Assembly: GCA_016841745.1 (NCBI GenBank)
Contig: JAENYO010000007.1
Coordinates: 9,408-73,407 of the forward strand
Direction: 5' to 3'
DNA: 64,000 nt
From: Acetomicrobium hydrogeniformans
GTDB lineage: Bacteria; Synergistota; Synergistia; Synergistales; JAFGMB01
Part shown: positions 28,317 to 38,573 of the stretch, piece by piece
Position numbering within the stretch: position 1 is the first letter of the stretch
How the letters are laid out: every line of letters starts with the position of its first letter
Notes under the pieces: model-generated
The model's database searches: none
What the model saw: the letters and a program-made list of their open reading frames with translations, nothing else
What the model was told of the DNA's origin: nothing
Program-made: the position numbers and the translations under genes

Positions 28317-29834
28317 TCAAGAACCCTCTATATTCAACCTACCGAATATGGCAGTTATTTCATAAAATCTTTCAGCAAGAGAACCTTCCAAATAGGAAGG
28401 GTCTATTCTCCATTCCCAGTTACCTCTGGAGATAGCAGGTCTGTTTGTCCTGGCCCAACTGCCAAGTGCCAGCAGATCCTGCATTGGAATAATACAAGTC
28501 GTTGCAACTGATACCATGGCCATCCTTATCAATTCCCATGATACATTATCGCCATCGGCTAGAGAACCATTATACAGGTTCAGGGTTTGTTTCTGTTTCT
28601 CAGAGAGTTCCTCTTCAAACCATCCCTTTGTGGTGTTGTTATCATGGGTTCCCGTGTAGACTATATTGTTTGGTGTGTGGTTATGGGGGAGATAAGGGTT
28701 GTTTTTCATGTCTCCGTCGAATGCAAACTGGAGTACAAGCATTCCCGGGAGACCTAGTTTTTCCATAGCCTGATCCACGTCAGGAGTTATTACACCCAGG
28801 TTTTCGGCAATGATGGCAAATTCGGTGAATTGTTCAACGAGTCCTTCAAAAAAGGCATTGGATGGACCTCTTTCCCAGTGACCTTTTACAGCTGTATTTT
28901 CACCAGATGGAATTGACCAGTATGAAAGAAAGCCCCGAAAATGATCTATACGAAGAAGGTCGCAGATCCGTCCAGCATGACCGATCCTGTTATACCACCA
29001 TGAAAAACCGTCTTCTTCAAGTTTATTCCACAGGTAAAGAGGATTACCCCAACGTTGTCCATTCTCACTGAAATAATCGGGAGGAACTCCCGCTACAGCT
29101 TGAGGATATCCGGATCGGTCAAGTTGGAAGTATTTTCTGTTGGCCCATACGTCTGCACTATCGAGATCGACATATATGGGCATATCACCAAGTATATCGA
29201 TCTTTTTATGTCTGCAGTATTCGTGAAGGTCTGTCCACTGTTTGGAAAAGAGGTACTGTACGAATTTCAGATAATCCAGTTCCCTTTCAAGAGTCAGCTT
29301 AGCTCTGGAAAGGGATTCCGGATTCCTGTCCCGGAAATCTTCTGGCCATTCATACCAGGGTTTTTCCCGAAAATATCCTTTTAATGCTTTAAAAAGAACG
29401 AAATCATCCAGCCAATAACTGTTCCCTCTGCAGAAACTGCTATAACTCTTTGTATAATTCATTTCTGTTGATCTCTGAAATGCTTCTACAAGGATTTCTG
29501 TTTTAAATTTTTCTACGAGAGCATAATGGACCCTGTCATTTCCAAAGTCTGGTGTATCCAGGAGACTTGCCTTCCTGAGCAGCCCATCTTCAAAAAGCAT
29601 CTGGGGACTAATATAAAGAGGATTTCCGGCAAAGGCCGAAACCGAGCTGTAGGGAGAATTGCCCGTAGCCTGTTGTGTCATGGAAAGAGGCAGGATCTGC
29701 CATACTGATTGGCCTGATTTAGAAAGGAAATCACAGAAACACCTTGACCCGGGTCCCATATCTCCGATTCCAAACCTTGAAGGCAGGGAGAATAGGGGCA
29801 TGAGAATACCACTTCTTCTTTCCTTATGAATCAC
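28317..29834 (-). CDS. malQ: 4-alpha-glucanotransferase (GH77 amylomaltase)
   Basis: 505 aa with RSGILMPLFSLPS, RIDHFRGF and the GTHDN motif. GTG start after GGAGGG. Confidence 0.9.
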   Translation of the reverse strand: MIHKERRSGILMPLFSLPSRFGIGDMGPGSRCFCDFLSKSGQSVWQILPLSMTQQATGNSPYSSVSAFAGNPLYISPQMLFEDGLLRKASLLDTPDFGNDRVHYALVEKFKTEILVEAFQRSTEMNYTKSYSSFCRGNSYWLDDFVLFKALKGYFREKPWYEWPEDFRDRNPESLSRAKLTLERELDYLKFVQYLFSKQWTDLHEYCRHKKIDILGDMPIYVDLDSADVWANRKYFQLDRSGYPQAVAGVPPDYFSENGQRWGNPLYLWNKLEEDGFSWWYNRIGHAGRICDLLRIDHFRGFLSYWSIPSGENTAVKGHWERGPSNAFFEGLVEQFTEFAIIAENLGVITPDVDQAMEKLGLPGMLVLQFAFDGDMKNNPYLPHNHTPNNIVYTGTHDNNTTKGWFEEELSEKQKQTLNLYNGSLADGDNVSWELIRMAMVSVATTCIIPMQDLLALGSWARTNRPAISRGNWEWRIDPSYLEGSLAERFYEITAIFGRLNIEGS

Positions 29835-30005
29835 CGAAAACTCCCTCCTTTCATCTTTGTATTAAAAGGTTAGCATTTTAAAACGAATATAACAACTATA
29901 CTGGAATGTTTTCAGTCTTTCTCGATTAACGGAGTATGGACTCAGACTGCTATAATTCTTGTAGGGACAGCGGGTGTTGCTTCCGCAAGAGGGAGGAGTG
30001 AATAA

Positions 30006-31931
30006 ATGGAGCGTTCTTTATCAGAGGATGGTATTGGAAAGGCCAGCCTGTTTTCAGACCTTGATGTTTTCCTTTTCAGGGAAGGAACCCACTGCAACCT
30101 TTTTGAAAAGCTTGGTTCCCATGAATTAGTCCATTCTGGTTCAAAGGGTACGTATTTTGCGGTCTGGGCGCCAAATGCGGTAGAAGTGTCTCTTATCGGT
30201 GATTTTAATCAATGGAAACAGGGAGAGAATATGCTTTCCTTAAGAAATGACGGATCGGGTATATGGGAGTGTTTTATCCCTGGCATAGGGAAAGGCTCCC
30301 TTTACAAGTACCATATTTGTTCCAGATATCATAACTATTCTGTTGATAAGGGAGATCCCTTCTCTTTTTTCTGGGAAGTGTCTCCCAGAACAGCTTCTGT
30401 TGTATGGGACCTTGAATATGAATGGGGTGATGAGGACTGGATATCCCGGCGTGAAGTAATGAATCTGTCCACCTCTCCAATTTCAATATATGAAATCCAC
30501 CTGGGATCCTGGAGACCCGGAGGCAATGGTTCCGATCCTCTTACTTACAGGGAAATAGCCCCACTTCTTTCAGAACATGTGAAAAAACTTGGCTTTACCC
30601 ATGTGGAATTTCTCCCACTTATGGAACATCCTTTTTATGGTTCATGGGGATACCAGACAGTGGGCTATTTTGCTCCGACAAGCCGCTATGGAACTCCCCA
30701 GGACCTTATGTACCTTATCGACTATCTTCATCAGAAGGGGATCGGGGTCATACTGGATTGGGTCCCGTCACATTTCCCTAGTGACGAATATGGACTTGCC
30801 AGATTTGATGGTACGGCCCTTTTTGAACATGAAGATCCCCGGCAGGGTTTCCATCCTGATTGGAAAAGCAGTATCTTCAATTATGGGAGAAAAGAGGTAC
30901 ATGCGTTCCTTATAAGCAGTGCCATGTTCTGGATCGAACATTATCATGCAGATGGTCTCAGGATTGATGCCGTTGCGTCAATGCTGTATCTGGATTATTC
31001 CAGGGAAGAGGGACAATGGATACCCAACAGGTATGGCGGAAGGGAAAACCTTGATGCCATTGATTTACTGAGAAAACTTAATACTGCCGTTTTTGAGCGA
31101 TTTCCCCATGTTCAGATGATCGCTGAAGAATCAACCTCCTGGCCCATGGTTACCAGGCCGGTTCATGTTGGAGGTCTGGGTTTCTCCATGAAATGGAACA
31201 TGGGGTGGATGCATGACGTCCTGGAATATATGAGCACTGATCCCATCTTCAGGAAGTATCATCACGACAAGCTTACCTTCAGTATCTGGTATGCTTTTTC
31301 CGAGGATTTCCTGTTACCTGTATCCCATGATGAAGTAGTTCATGGCAAGGGGTCTCTTCTTAACAAGATGCCGGGGGATACGTGGAGAAAATTTGCAAAT
31401 ATGAGAGTCTTTTTAGGTTATATGTATGCCCACCCGGGAAAGAAACTCCTTTTTATGGGTGTCGAGATGGGGCAGATGTCTGAATGGAATCATGACGGAT
31501 ACCTGCACTGGGATTTGTTGGACCACCTTCCCCACCAGGGTGTATCTTTATGGATAAGGGACCTGAACAGTTTGTACCGAAATGAAAGGGCTCTTTATTC
31601 TACAGATTATGATCCAAAGGGATTTGAATGGATCGATTTTGGCGATGCGGAAAAAAGTATAATTGCTTTTTTGAGATCTGATGGTAAGTCCCTTATTCTT
31701 ACTGCCTGTAACTTTACGCCTGAGCCTAGATATGAATACAGGATAGGAGTTCCTTATTCTGGATACTGGAGTGAAATTCTAAACAGTGATTCCCATATAT
31801 ATGGTGGAACCGGTCACGGAAATTTTGGAGGCATAGAAGCAGAGAAGATTCAACATCATGGACGGCCCTTTTCTCTTATGGTTACATTACCCCCGCTCTG
31901 CTGTATCATTTTTAAACTTTCAGAGGTGTAG
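30006..31931 (+). CDS. glgB: 1,4-alpha-glucan branching enzyme (GH13)
   Basis: 641 aa with DWVPSHF, GLRIDAV, AEEST and SHDEVVHGK motifs. Confidence 0.95.
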   Translation: MERSLSEDGIGKASLFSDLDVFLFREGTHCNLFEKLGSHELVHSGSKGTYFAVWAPNAVEVSLIGDFNQWKQGENMLSLRNDGSGIWECFIPGIGKGSLYKYHICSRYHNYSVDKGDPFSFFWEVSPRTASVVWDLEYEWGDEDWISRREVMNLSTSPISIYEIHLGSWRPGGNGSDPLTYREIAPLLSEHVKKLGFTHVEFLPLMEHPFYGSWGYQTVGYFAPTSRYGTPQDLMYLIDYLHQKGIGVILDWVPSHFPSDEYGLARFDGTALFEHEDPRQGFHPDWKSSIFNYGRKEVHAFLISSAMFWIEHYHADGLRIDAVASMLYLDYSREEGQWIPNRYGGRENLDAIDLLRKLNTAVFERFPHVQMIAEESTSWPMVTRPVHVGGLGFSMKWNMGWMHDVLEYMSTDPIFRKYHHDKLTFSIWYAFSEDFLLPVSHDEVVHGKGSLLNKMPGDTWRKFANMRVFLGYMYAHPGKKLLFMGVEMGQMSEWNHDGYLHWDLLDHLPHQGVSLWIRDLNSLYRNERALYSTDYDPKGFEWIDFGDAEKSIIAFLRSDGKSLILTACNFTPEPRYEYRIGVPYSGYWSEILNSDSHIYGGTGHGNFGGIEAEKIQHHGRPFSLMVTLPPLCCIIFKLSEV

Positions 31932-31933
31932 TA

Positions 31934-34354
31934 ATGACTATTTATGTATGTGTTCACGGTCACTTCTACCAGCCGCCGAGGGAGAATCCCTGGCTGGAAG
32001 AAGTCGAGATCCAGAGAACTGCTGCGCCATATGAGAACTGGAACGAAAGAATAACGGCAGAATGCTATTCTCCCAACGGAGCTGCCCGTATTCTTGGAGA
32101 AAAGGGTTTGATAACCGCAATCCAGAACAATTATTCCAGGATGAGCTTTAACTTTGGACCGACCCTTCTATCATGGCTGGAAGTGCATTCACCTCATACT
32201 TATGAAAACATATTGAGGGCTGATACAGAAGGTCGGAAGAGATTTTCTGGCCATGGCCCTGCAATCGCCCAGGCCTACAATCATATGATCCTCCCCCTTG
32301 CTTCGGACAGGGATAAAAGAACCCAGATATTATGGGGTATCGCTGATTTTGAAAAGAGATTTAAACGTTTTCCAGAAGGCATGTGGCTTCCAGAAACTGC
32401 AGTGGATCTGAAAACCCTGGAATTCCTTTCAGAAGAAGGCATACAGTTCACCATCCTTTCACCATATCAGGCTTCCAGGATACGTCTTTCAGAAGGTGTT
32501 CCCTGGACAGGTGTAAGGGGAGGGAAAATAGATCCATCCACTCCTTATAGCTGCCAGCTTCCTTCTGGAAGGACTATAGCCCTTTTTTTCTATGATGGAA
32601 GAATTTCACAGGATATTGCTTTCGGCGGATTGCTCAGAAATGGTGAAATGTTTGCTCAACGATTTCTTTCCAGATGGGACAGGAAAACAGGTGAAGGAAG
32701 AATTATTTCTGTCGCGACTGACGGAGAAACGTACGGACATCATCAAAAATATGGAGACATGGCTCTTGCATACTGTCTTGACCGGATAGAAGGAGAAATG
32801 GGAGCTGAGCTTACCATATTCGGGGAATTCCTGGAGAAACACCCCGCCATAAGGGAAGTAGAGATAATAGAGAACAGTTCCTGGAGCTGTGTGCATGGAG
32901 TGGAGAGATGGAGGGGCGATTGTGGCTGCTGTACTGGAATGAACCACGATTGGAACCAGTCCTGGCGTAAGCCCCTCAGGGAAGGGCTTGACTGGTTACA
33001 TACGGAACTGGAATCCATCTTTTTAGACTCCATGAAAGGAAAGGTCAGGGATCCATGGCTCACAAGAGATGAGTATATACATTTAATCCTTGAAAGATCA
33101 AAGGAGAACATGGATAACTTCATCAAATCTCATTCAGAAAGTGAACTTTCAGTTGTTGACAGGGAACTGGTAATGAAATCTCTGGAGATGCAGCGCTCGG
33201 CTATGCTTATGTTTACCAGTTGCGGATGGTTCTTTGATGATCTTTCGGGCATCGAATCTCTCCAGATACTTCGTTATGCTGCTCATGCCATTCAATATGC
33301 CATGGAGATATCTGGAAATAACCTGGAACCAGCTTTCCTTAATTTTCTTGGAAGGGCGAAAAGCAACATTCCGGATCAGGGAACTGGAGTGGAGATTTAC
33401 AGCAATTCTGTGAAACCATTCAGTTTTGACCTTTCCAGGTTGGGAGCACATTACGGTATTCTTTCATTGTTTACGGATGAACCTTCTAACATCTCGATGT
33501 ATTGTTACAAAGTTATTCCACTTAAAGAATTTTCTCTGAATGCAGGTAAAATAAAATTTTGCGGGGGATGCCTGAACATAGAATCAGATATTACCCTTGA
33601 ATCGTGTCGTACCTGGTATGCTTCTCTTGGTCTTGGCGGGCACAATGTACTATGTTCCCTTTCTCCAGATCTTGGAGAAGATGTTTTCAGCAGATTCATT
33701 GAGGAGGTTCGATTATTCTTCAGCAAGGGAAATATTCCTGGCGTTATCAGTACCATAGACGACTATTTTGGTGGCCATGATTATGATCTGGGCCATATTT
33801 TCCGGAATGAACAGCAGAAGGTCTTTAATTCCATAATTCGAGGGGATCTTTTGCGTCTTGAATCTTTTCTCAGGGAGATAATTGAAGATGATTATCTGTT
33901 AATGAATTTTATCTCTTCAGTACAGATGCCAGTGCCTCCCCAGTTTCTTAAAGCTGCAGAAGTTGTCCTCAACTCGGGAATCAGGGAAGAATTTGATAAG
34001 GATTTACCAGATCTCGAGAATATCAGAAATTCCTTCGATACTGCAAAACGATGGAAGATAGCCCTGGATATGGATCTTTTTGAACTTTCTGCTTCAAGAT
34101 GGATTAATAGCCAGATACAGGATCTTGAACAAAATTGTTATGATGTCCCTGTTTTGATAAATTTAGCGGCTTTTTTGAAAGTTATCGGTGAAATCGGTTT
34201 GAAGCCGGATCTATGGTTCAGCCAGAACATATTTTTCAGAATAAAAACTGGTTGTGGTTATGCGGGGCTTGCGATGAATGAAGTTGAGGGGTTTACAGTA
34301 GAATGGAAGATCCATTTTGAGGAACTGGGTCGCCTTTTAAAAGTATTGATCTGA
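31934..34354 (+). CDS. GH57-family glycoside hydrolase with long C-terminal extension
   Basis: N-terminal HGHFYQPPRENPW, a GH57 hallmark. 806 aa. The start is 3 nt after the glgB stop. Confidence 0.8.
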   Translation: MTIYVCVHGHFYQPPRENPWLEEVEIQRTAAPYENWNERITAECYSPNGAARILGEKGLITAIQNNYSRMSFNFGPTLLSWLEVHSPHTYENILRADTEGRKRFSGHGPAIAQAYNHMILPLASDRDKRTQILWGIADFEKRFKRFPEGMWLPETAVDLKTLEFLSEEGIQFTILSPYQASRIRLSEGVPWTGVRGGKIDPSTPYSCQLPSGRTIALFFYDGRISQDIAFGGLLRNGEMFAQRFLSRWDRKTGEGRIISVATDGETYGHHQKYGDMALAYCLDRIEGEMGAELTIFGEFLEKHPAIREVEIIENSSWSCVHGVERWRGDCGCCTGMNHDWNQSWRKPLREGLDWLHTELESIFLDSMKGKVRDPWLTRDEYIHLILERSKENMDNFIKSHSESELSVVDRELVMKSLEMQRSAMLMFTSCGWFFDDLSGIESLQILRYAAHAIQYAMEISGNNLEPAFLNFLGRAKSNIPDQGTGVEIYSNSVKPFSFDLSRLGAHYGILSLFTDEPSNISMYCYKVIPLKEFSLNAGKIKFCGGCLNIESDITLESCRTWYASLGLGGHNVLCSLSPDLGEDVFSRFIEEVRLFFSKGNIPGVISTIDDYFGGHDYDLGHIFRNEQQKVFNSIIRGDLLRLESFLREIIEDDYLLMNFISSVQMPVPPQFLKAAEVVLNSGIREEFDKDLPDLENIRNSFDTAKRWKIALDMDLFELSASRWINSQIQDLEQNCYDVPVLINLAAFLKVIGEIGLKPDLWFSQNIFFRIKTGCGYAGLAMNEVEGFTVEWKIHFEELGRLLKVLI

Positions 34355-34802
34355 GTCGCTGCTTTCAGTGTTTTTGAGGAATGTTCTGTCTTTTCATCAT
34401 AAGGTTTGCCCTGTTCCTTATCCATGTATTCTGAACATACTTTCTTCATAGTTCCTTGTAAAGTCATTCTTATCCGTCTGGTTCTGAAGTAGATATCAGG
34501 GGATTATCCATTGTTGTCCTGGCAGGCAGTTGTCAAAGTGATCAGCCAGCAAACCCGCAATATTTCATGGAACCCTGATCCTGGGGTAACAGTATCTATT
34601 AATTTTAATCAACCTCACAAGACCTGGAATAAGATGTTTTTCCTCGCGACTCTTCGTTTTATGTCATGGATATTCATGAGCCCGGGGTCTGAAAAAAAGA
34701 ATTTTCCCTGTTCCCATCTGCCATCTCTACTCAAGATAGGGGCGTAGTTCTCATTCAACGCAGATCTTTTTATCCCATATCAGCAGGATTGCCTGGATAT
34801 TT

Positions 34803-35192
34803 TCATTGTTTTATCAGCAGATCAGAAAGTAGTTCCTTGATTATCTGGGCATCTTTTTTAAGGATGGAGTCCAGGTTCATTTCTTTTTCATCTGTCTGTA
34901 AAATCAACCGTGCAAACATAAAGCTGGTTTCACAGGAAACAGAAACTATTTCTGACAGGGGAATGGTTTCCTGAAAACCATCGATTATCTTTCTGTAAAG
35001 GAATATAACCTTTCTGTCAGTTAAGACCATAAGCCATTTCCTTTCCTTGTACAGGACAGAGGTCAGGGCCTTTACGATTTCTTCCCCTTCCATAAGCTGA
35101 GGCAAAAAATTCAGTTCAGTCTTGTTCGACCATCTTCGGAAATCCTTTAATCTCAATATTTGTCCTCTAATAGAAGATTCATCAATTGGCAT
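34803..35192 (-). CDS. small bacterial PH-domain-like protein
   Basis: 129 aa. The pattern GEEIVKAL..., LVLTDRKVIFL, and IPLSEIVSV is reminiscent of YokE/bPH-type domains. Weak call. Confidence 0.4.
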   Translation of the reverse strand: MPIDESSIRGQILRLKDFRRWSNKTELNFLPQLMEGEEIVKALTSVLYKERKWLMVLTDRKVIFLYRKIIDGFQETIPLSEIVSVSCETSFMFARLILQTDEKEMNLDSILKKDAQIIKELLSDLLIKQ

Positions 35193-35407
35193 ATCATATC
35201 CTCCTGCTTTATCTGAAAAATAATTTGTTTGAACATAGATGATTATAAGTTAAAATTGTAGTCTTTAGGGGTTAAGTATACTTATTTACAACCTGCTTGT
35301 GGATGGTGTAACTTATGGGGTAGAATGTCTGTATCTGGATTACTAGCTATTAGGATAAAAATATAGCCTGATAAAATTATTCAGGTTCTGTATCAGGGAG
35401 GATAACC

Positions 35408-36178
35408 ATGTATTCTTCCTTTAGGCTTATGATAGCATGGAAAGTTTTCTTCTTCCTTCTGATCTTGTCATTATTATTTATTTGCCCAAGGGAGGTAGCC
35501 GCTATGAATACTGACAAGAGTGTTCTTTCAAAGAAGCCCATTCTTGATGAAGAACTGCCTTTAAAGGTTGAAACTGCGACGTTTGCTCTGGGCTGATTCT
35601 GGGGACCTGATTCCCGGTTCGGGATAATTCCAGGAGTTATACGTACACGGGTGGGTTATTCTGGCGGGACGTTAAAGGATCCCAGCTACCATGATCTGGG
35701 TGACCATACTGAAAGTATTCAGATGGACTTTGACCCCGAAAAGCTTTCCTTTTCTGAGTTACTTGAAGTTTTCTGGGCAAGTCATGATCCTACACAAAAG
35801 GCTTCATCCCGTCAGTATATTTCTATTCTTTTTTATCATAATGAATCGCAGAAACAAAAGATCATCGAAAGTATATCAGAAGAAGAGAGAAAACGTGGAA
35901 GACTTATTCTAACAGAAGTGATTCCCTTCCGTGAATTTTACCTGGCTGAAGAATATCACCAGAAATATCGCTTGAAAATGTTCAGGGAGTTTATGGATGA
36001 ATATTCAAAGATCTTTGTAAGTGATAGAGAACTTACTGATTCGACTGCTGCAGCAAGGCTTAACGGATATGTTTCCGGGATGGGTGATCTTTTACAGCTT
36101 GAAAATGAGATAGACCTCCTCGGTTTATCTTCAGCCGCTCAAGATAAACTCAGAAAGATGGTATCTGCTTCAGAATAG
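35408..36178 (+). CDS. msrA: peptide methionine-S-sulfoxide reductase MsrA, selenocysteine form (in-frame UGA at 35594-35596)
   Basis: ORFs 35408..35596 and 35651..36178 are in one frame. Read-through gives ...ATFALG-U-FWGPDSRFGIIPGVIRTRVGYSGG...FDPEKLSFSELLEVFWASHDPTQ, so the UGA sits exactly at the catalytic Cys of the GCFWG motif. An alternative start is ATG 35504. Confidence 0.8.
35606..35634 (+). promoter_or_regulatory. candidate bacterial SECIS hairpin for msrA
   Basis: cctgattccc-GGTTC-gggataattccagg folds into an imperfect stem. The apical loop GGUUC begins 22 nt after the U of UGA. Folded by hand only. Confidence 0.45.
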
Positions 36179-36256
36179 TAACTTCAAAATGAAAAGGCAA
36201 GGTTTTGAAGCTTCCCTTTTTATTTTAGTTTGCTTAAGGGGTAACGGAGGGATTCA

Positions 36257-37912
36257 ATGGTAGATGAAATGAGGTCAGAAAAGGGATCGTGTAATCTTCT
36301 CACTTCTTTCGATAACCTCTTTAACTTGAAGGATATCTCCGATTTTCGAGGAGAAATTATTCAATTGCTGCGCCCTCTTTCCAGTTCCATCTCTTCAGAT
36401 AATTCCTTTTCTTTCCAGGGACAAATACTTCGGTTTTATGATGAGTTCCTTGAAAGAAGCTACCTTTCAACCATAGTCGAGGAAACAGAAGATATAGTAA
36501 CAATGTTCGATCTAGACCTTAAGCTGCTAACAGCTAACCGGGCTTTTGTAAAGGCTGTCTGGAAACATGATATTACCGAAGTCGTCGGAAAAACGCATGA
36601 AGAGATTTATAGCCCCCATATTGATATGGAGACAGTGAAGCAATATTCATCGGATGAAGCTCTAGCCCAGACTCTCCCGAAGGGAAATTTTATCGAAAGA
36701 GAAAGAAATATTATTTATCCCGACGGAGTGGAAAAATCTTTTCACAGTCGTAAGTTTCCCCTGTTTAACCTGGAGGACCAGGTTATTGCTACAGCAACAA
36801 TTGCGAGGGATATCTCTTCTCTGAAGCTTATCCAGAGGGAGTTAAAGGAAAGTGAGAATAAGTACCGTTACCTTTTTCAGAATGCTTCGGACAAGATATT
36901 CCTGCTTAAAATTCGCGATGATGGTCTTCCCGGTCGTTTTGTGGAAGTGAACAACGCAGCATGCCGTTCCCTGGGTTATTCCAGAAAAGAATTTTTATCT
37001 ATGGCGTTGCGGGATATTGAAGGAATAACCGGTCCCCCAAATATGGAAAAAATAATGAAAATACTCAGAAAAAAGGGAAGGACGACTTTTGAGGCAGACC
37101 ACGTGAGAAAGGATGGGTCAGGAATCAATGTCGAGATAAGTGCTCATCTTTTCCATCTTGAAGGGGAGCCATTGATGCTATGTATATCCCGAGATATTTC
37201 AGAAAGGAAGGAGCGGGAGGTCTTATCCCACAACTATCAGCGTCAGCTCCAGGGGCTGTCATATAGAGTGACTTATCTTGAGGAAAAGACCAGAAGATCG
37301 ATAGCCCACCAGCTCCATGACAATATAGGTCAGGACCTCATTCTCTCGAAATTAAGACTTGAAATGGCCCGCAAAGGTCTCAGTGATCCCGAAACATGTT
37401 CCCATCTGGATGAAGCTTTCCGTAATCTGGAAAATGCCATATCCTACGTTCGTGACATTACCTTTGAATTGAGCCCTCCTGTTCTCTATGAACTGGGCTT
37501 CTCCGCAGCAGTAGAATGGCTGGGCGAAAAACTAGAGAAACAGTCTGGCATCAAAATTTCCTGTCAATTTAAGAATATTCCTTCAGAAATGCCTGATGAT
37601 ATCAAAGCCTTTCTTTTCAGGGCAGTTCGGGAACTGCTGACAAATGTTATCAAACATGCAGAAGCGACAGTAGCTGATGTTTCCGCGACCGTTATCAAAG
37701 GCGATCTCCGGGTATCTGTCAGGGATAATGGAAAGGGTATCCGCAGACTATCTGATCATGAATATTCAGAGAAAGATTACAGTTTCGGCCTCTTCAGCTT
37801 AAGGGAACAGGCCAGAACCCTGGGAGGCTTTTTGAGTATTGGACGTAACAGAAATGGAGGGGCTAGAGTCTCCATTTCTCTTCCTTTGGCTTTAGGAAAG
37901 AGGGAACCATAA
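36257..37912 (+). CDS. cytoplasmic PAS-domain sensor histidine kinase (HisKA_3 type)
   Basis: Two PAS-like segments, H-box HQLHDNIGQDL, and an ATPase domain with NVIKHA and DNGKG. No TM segments are evident. Confidence 0.85.
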   Translation: MVDEMRSEKGSCNLLTSFDNLFNLKDISDFRGEIIQLLRPLSSSISSDNSFSFQGQILRFYDEFLERSYLSTIVEETEDIVTMFDLDLKLLTANRAFVKAVWKHDITEVVGKTHEEIYSPHIDMETVKQYSSDEALAQTLPKGNFIERERNIIYPDGVEKSFHSRKFPLFNLEDQVIATATIARDISSLKLIQRELKESENKYRYLFQNASDKIFLLKIRDDGLPGRFVEVNNAACRSLGYSRKEFLSMALRDIEGITGPPNMEKIMKILRKKGRTTFEADHVRKDGSGINVEISAHLFHLEGEPLMLCISRDISERKEREVLSHNYQRQLQGLSYRVTYLEEKTRRSIAHQLHDNIGQDLILSKLRLEMARKGLSDPETCSHLDEAFRNLENAISYVRDITFELSPPVLYELGFSAAVEWLGEKLEKQSGIKISCQFKNIPSEMPDDIKAFLFRAVRELLTNVIKHAEATVADVSATVIKGDLRVSVRDNGKGIRRLSDHEYSEKDYSFGLFSLREQARTLGGFLSIGRNRNGGARVSISLPLALGKREP

Positions 37913-37913
37913 T

Positions 37914-38573
37914 ATGGCTGCATTAAAGATCATGCTTGTAGATAATCACAGGGTTATGAGAGAGGGTCTTCGCATCCTTATAGATTCTGAAAAGGATATG
38001 AAGGTTATTGCCGAAGCTGATAATGGGAGAGAAGCTCTTTCCATATCAACAAAACATAGACCAGACATAATACTGATGGATGTTATGATGCCTGATATGA
38101 ACGGTATAGAAGCTGCCAGACGGATCCATTCACAATTTGAAACCGTAAGGGTTCTTGCCCTTTCCATGTACGATGATCGTCATTATGTTGCAGAAATGCT
38201 TCGGGCAGGTGCTTCGGGATATCTTCTCAAGGACTGTGCTTTCATGGAGCTTTCGAGGGCGATCCGTACGGTCGCTGAGGGTAAATTCTACCTCAGTCCT
38301 TCCATATCGGGGATGGTAATAGACGAATATATCAAAATGCTTGAAAATGGTGGTGGAGAAGAAACCATTTCTACCCTTACCTCAAGAGAAAGAGAGATTC
38401 TTCAACTGATAGCTGAAGGTAAAAGCACAAGGGATATTGCCACTTCTATAAATGTTAGCGTGAAAACTGTAGAAACGCACCGTTACCATATAATGCAGAA
38501 GATCAATGTCACTTCCATCGCCGAACTGACAAAGTTTGCCATTAGAGAAGGATTAACTTCAGTTTGTGAGTAG
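37914..38573 (+). CDS. NarL/LuxR-family response regulator
   Basis: REC domain (IILMDVMMPDMNG) plus a LuxR HTH (LTSREREILQLIAEGKSTRDIA...SVKTVETHR). Confidence 0.9.
   Translation: MAALKIMLVDNHRVMREGLRILIDSEKDMKVIAEADNGREALSISTKHRPDIILMDVMMPDMNGIEAARRIHSQFETVRVLALSMYDDRHYVAEMLRAGASGYLLKDCAFMELSRAIRTVAEGKFYLSPSISGMVIDEYIKMLENGGGEETISTLTSREREILQLIAEGKSTRDIATSINVSVKTVETHRYHIMQKINVTSIAELTKFAIREGLTSVCE

Noticed and set aside
34355-34800. Short ORFs 34511..34747 (+) and 34258..34467 (-) in the gap after the GH57 gene
   Set aside because: They have no RBS, no recognisable motifs, and a composition unlike neighbouring genes. I treat the region as intergenic.
35594-35596. TGA in msrA as a genuine stop, making this a split gene or pseudogene
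   Set aside because: The stop falls exactly on the catalytic Cys codon. The downstream frame is intact for 194 codons with all MsrA motifs. A hairpin follows, and a second UGA-for-Cys gene occurs in the same window.
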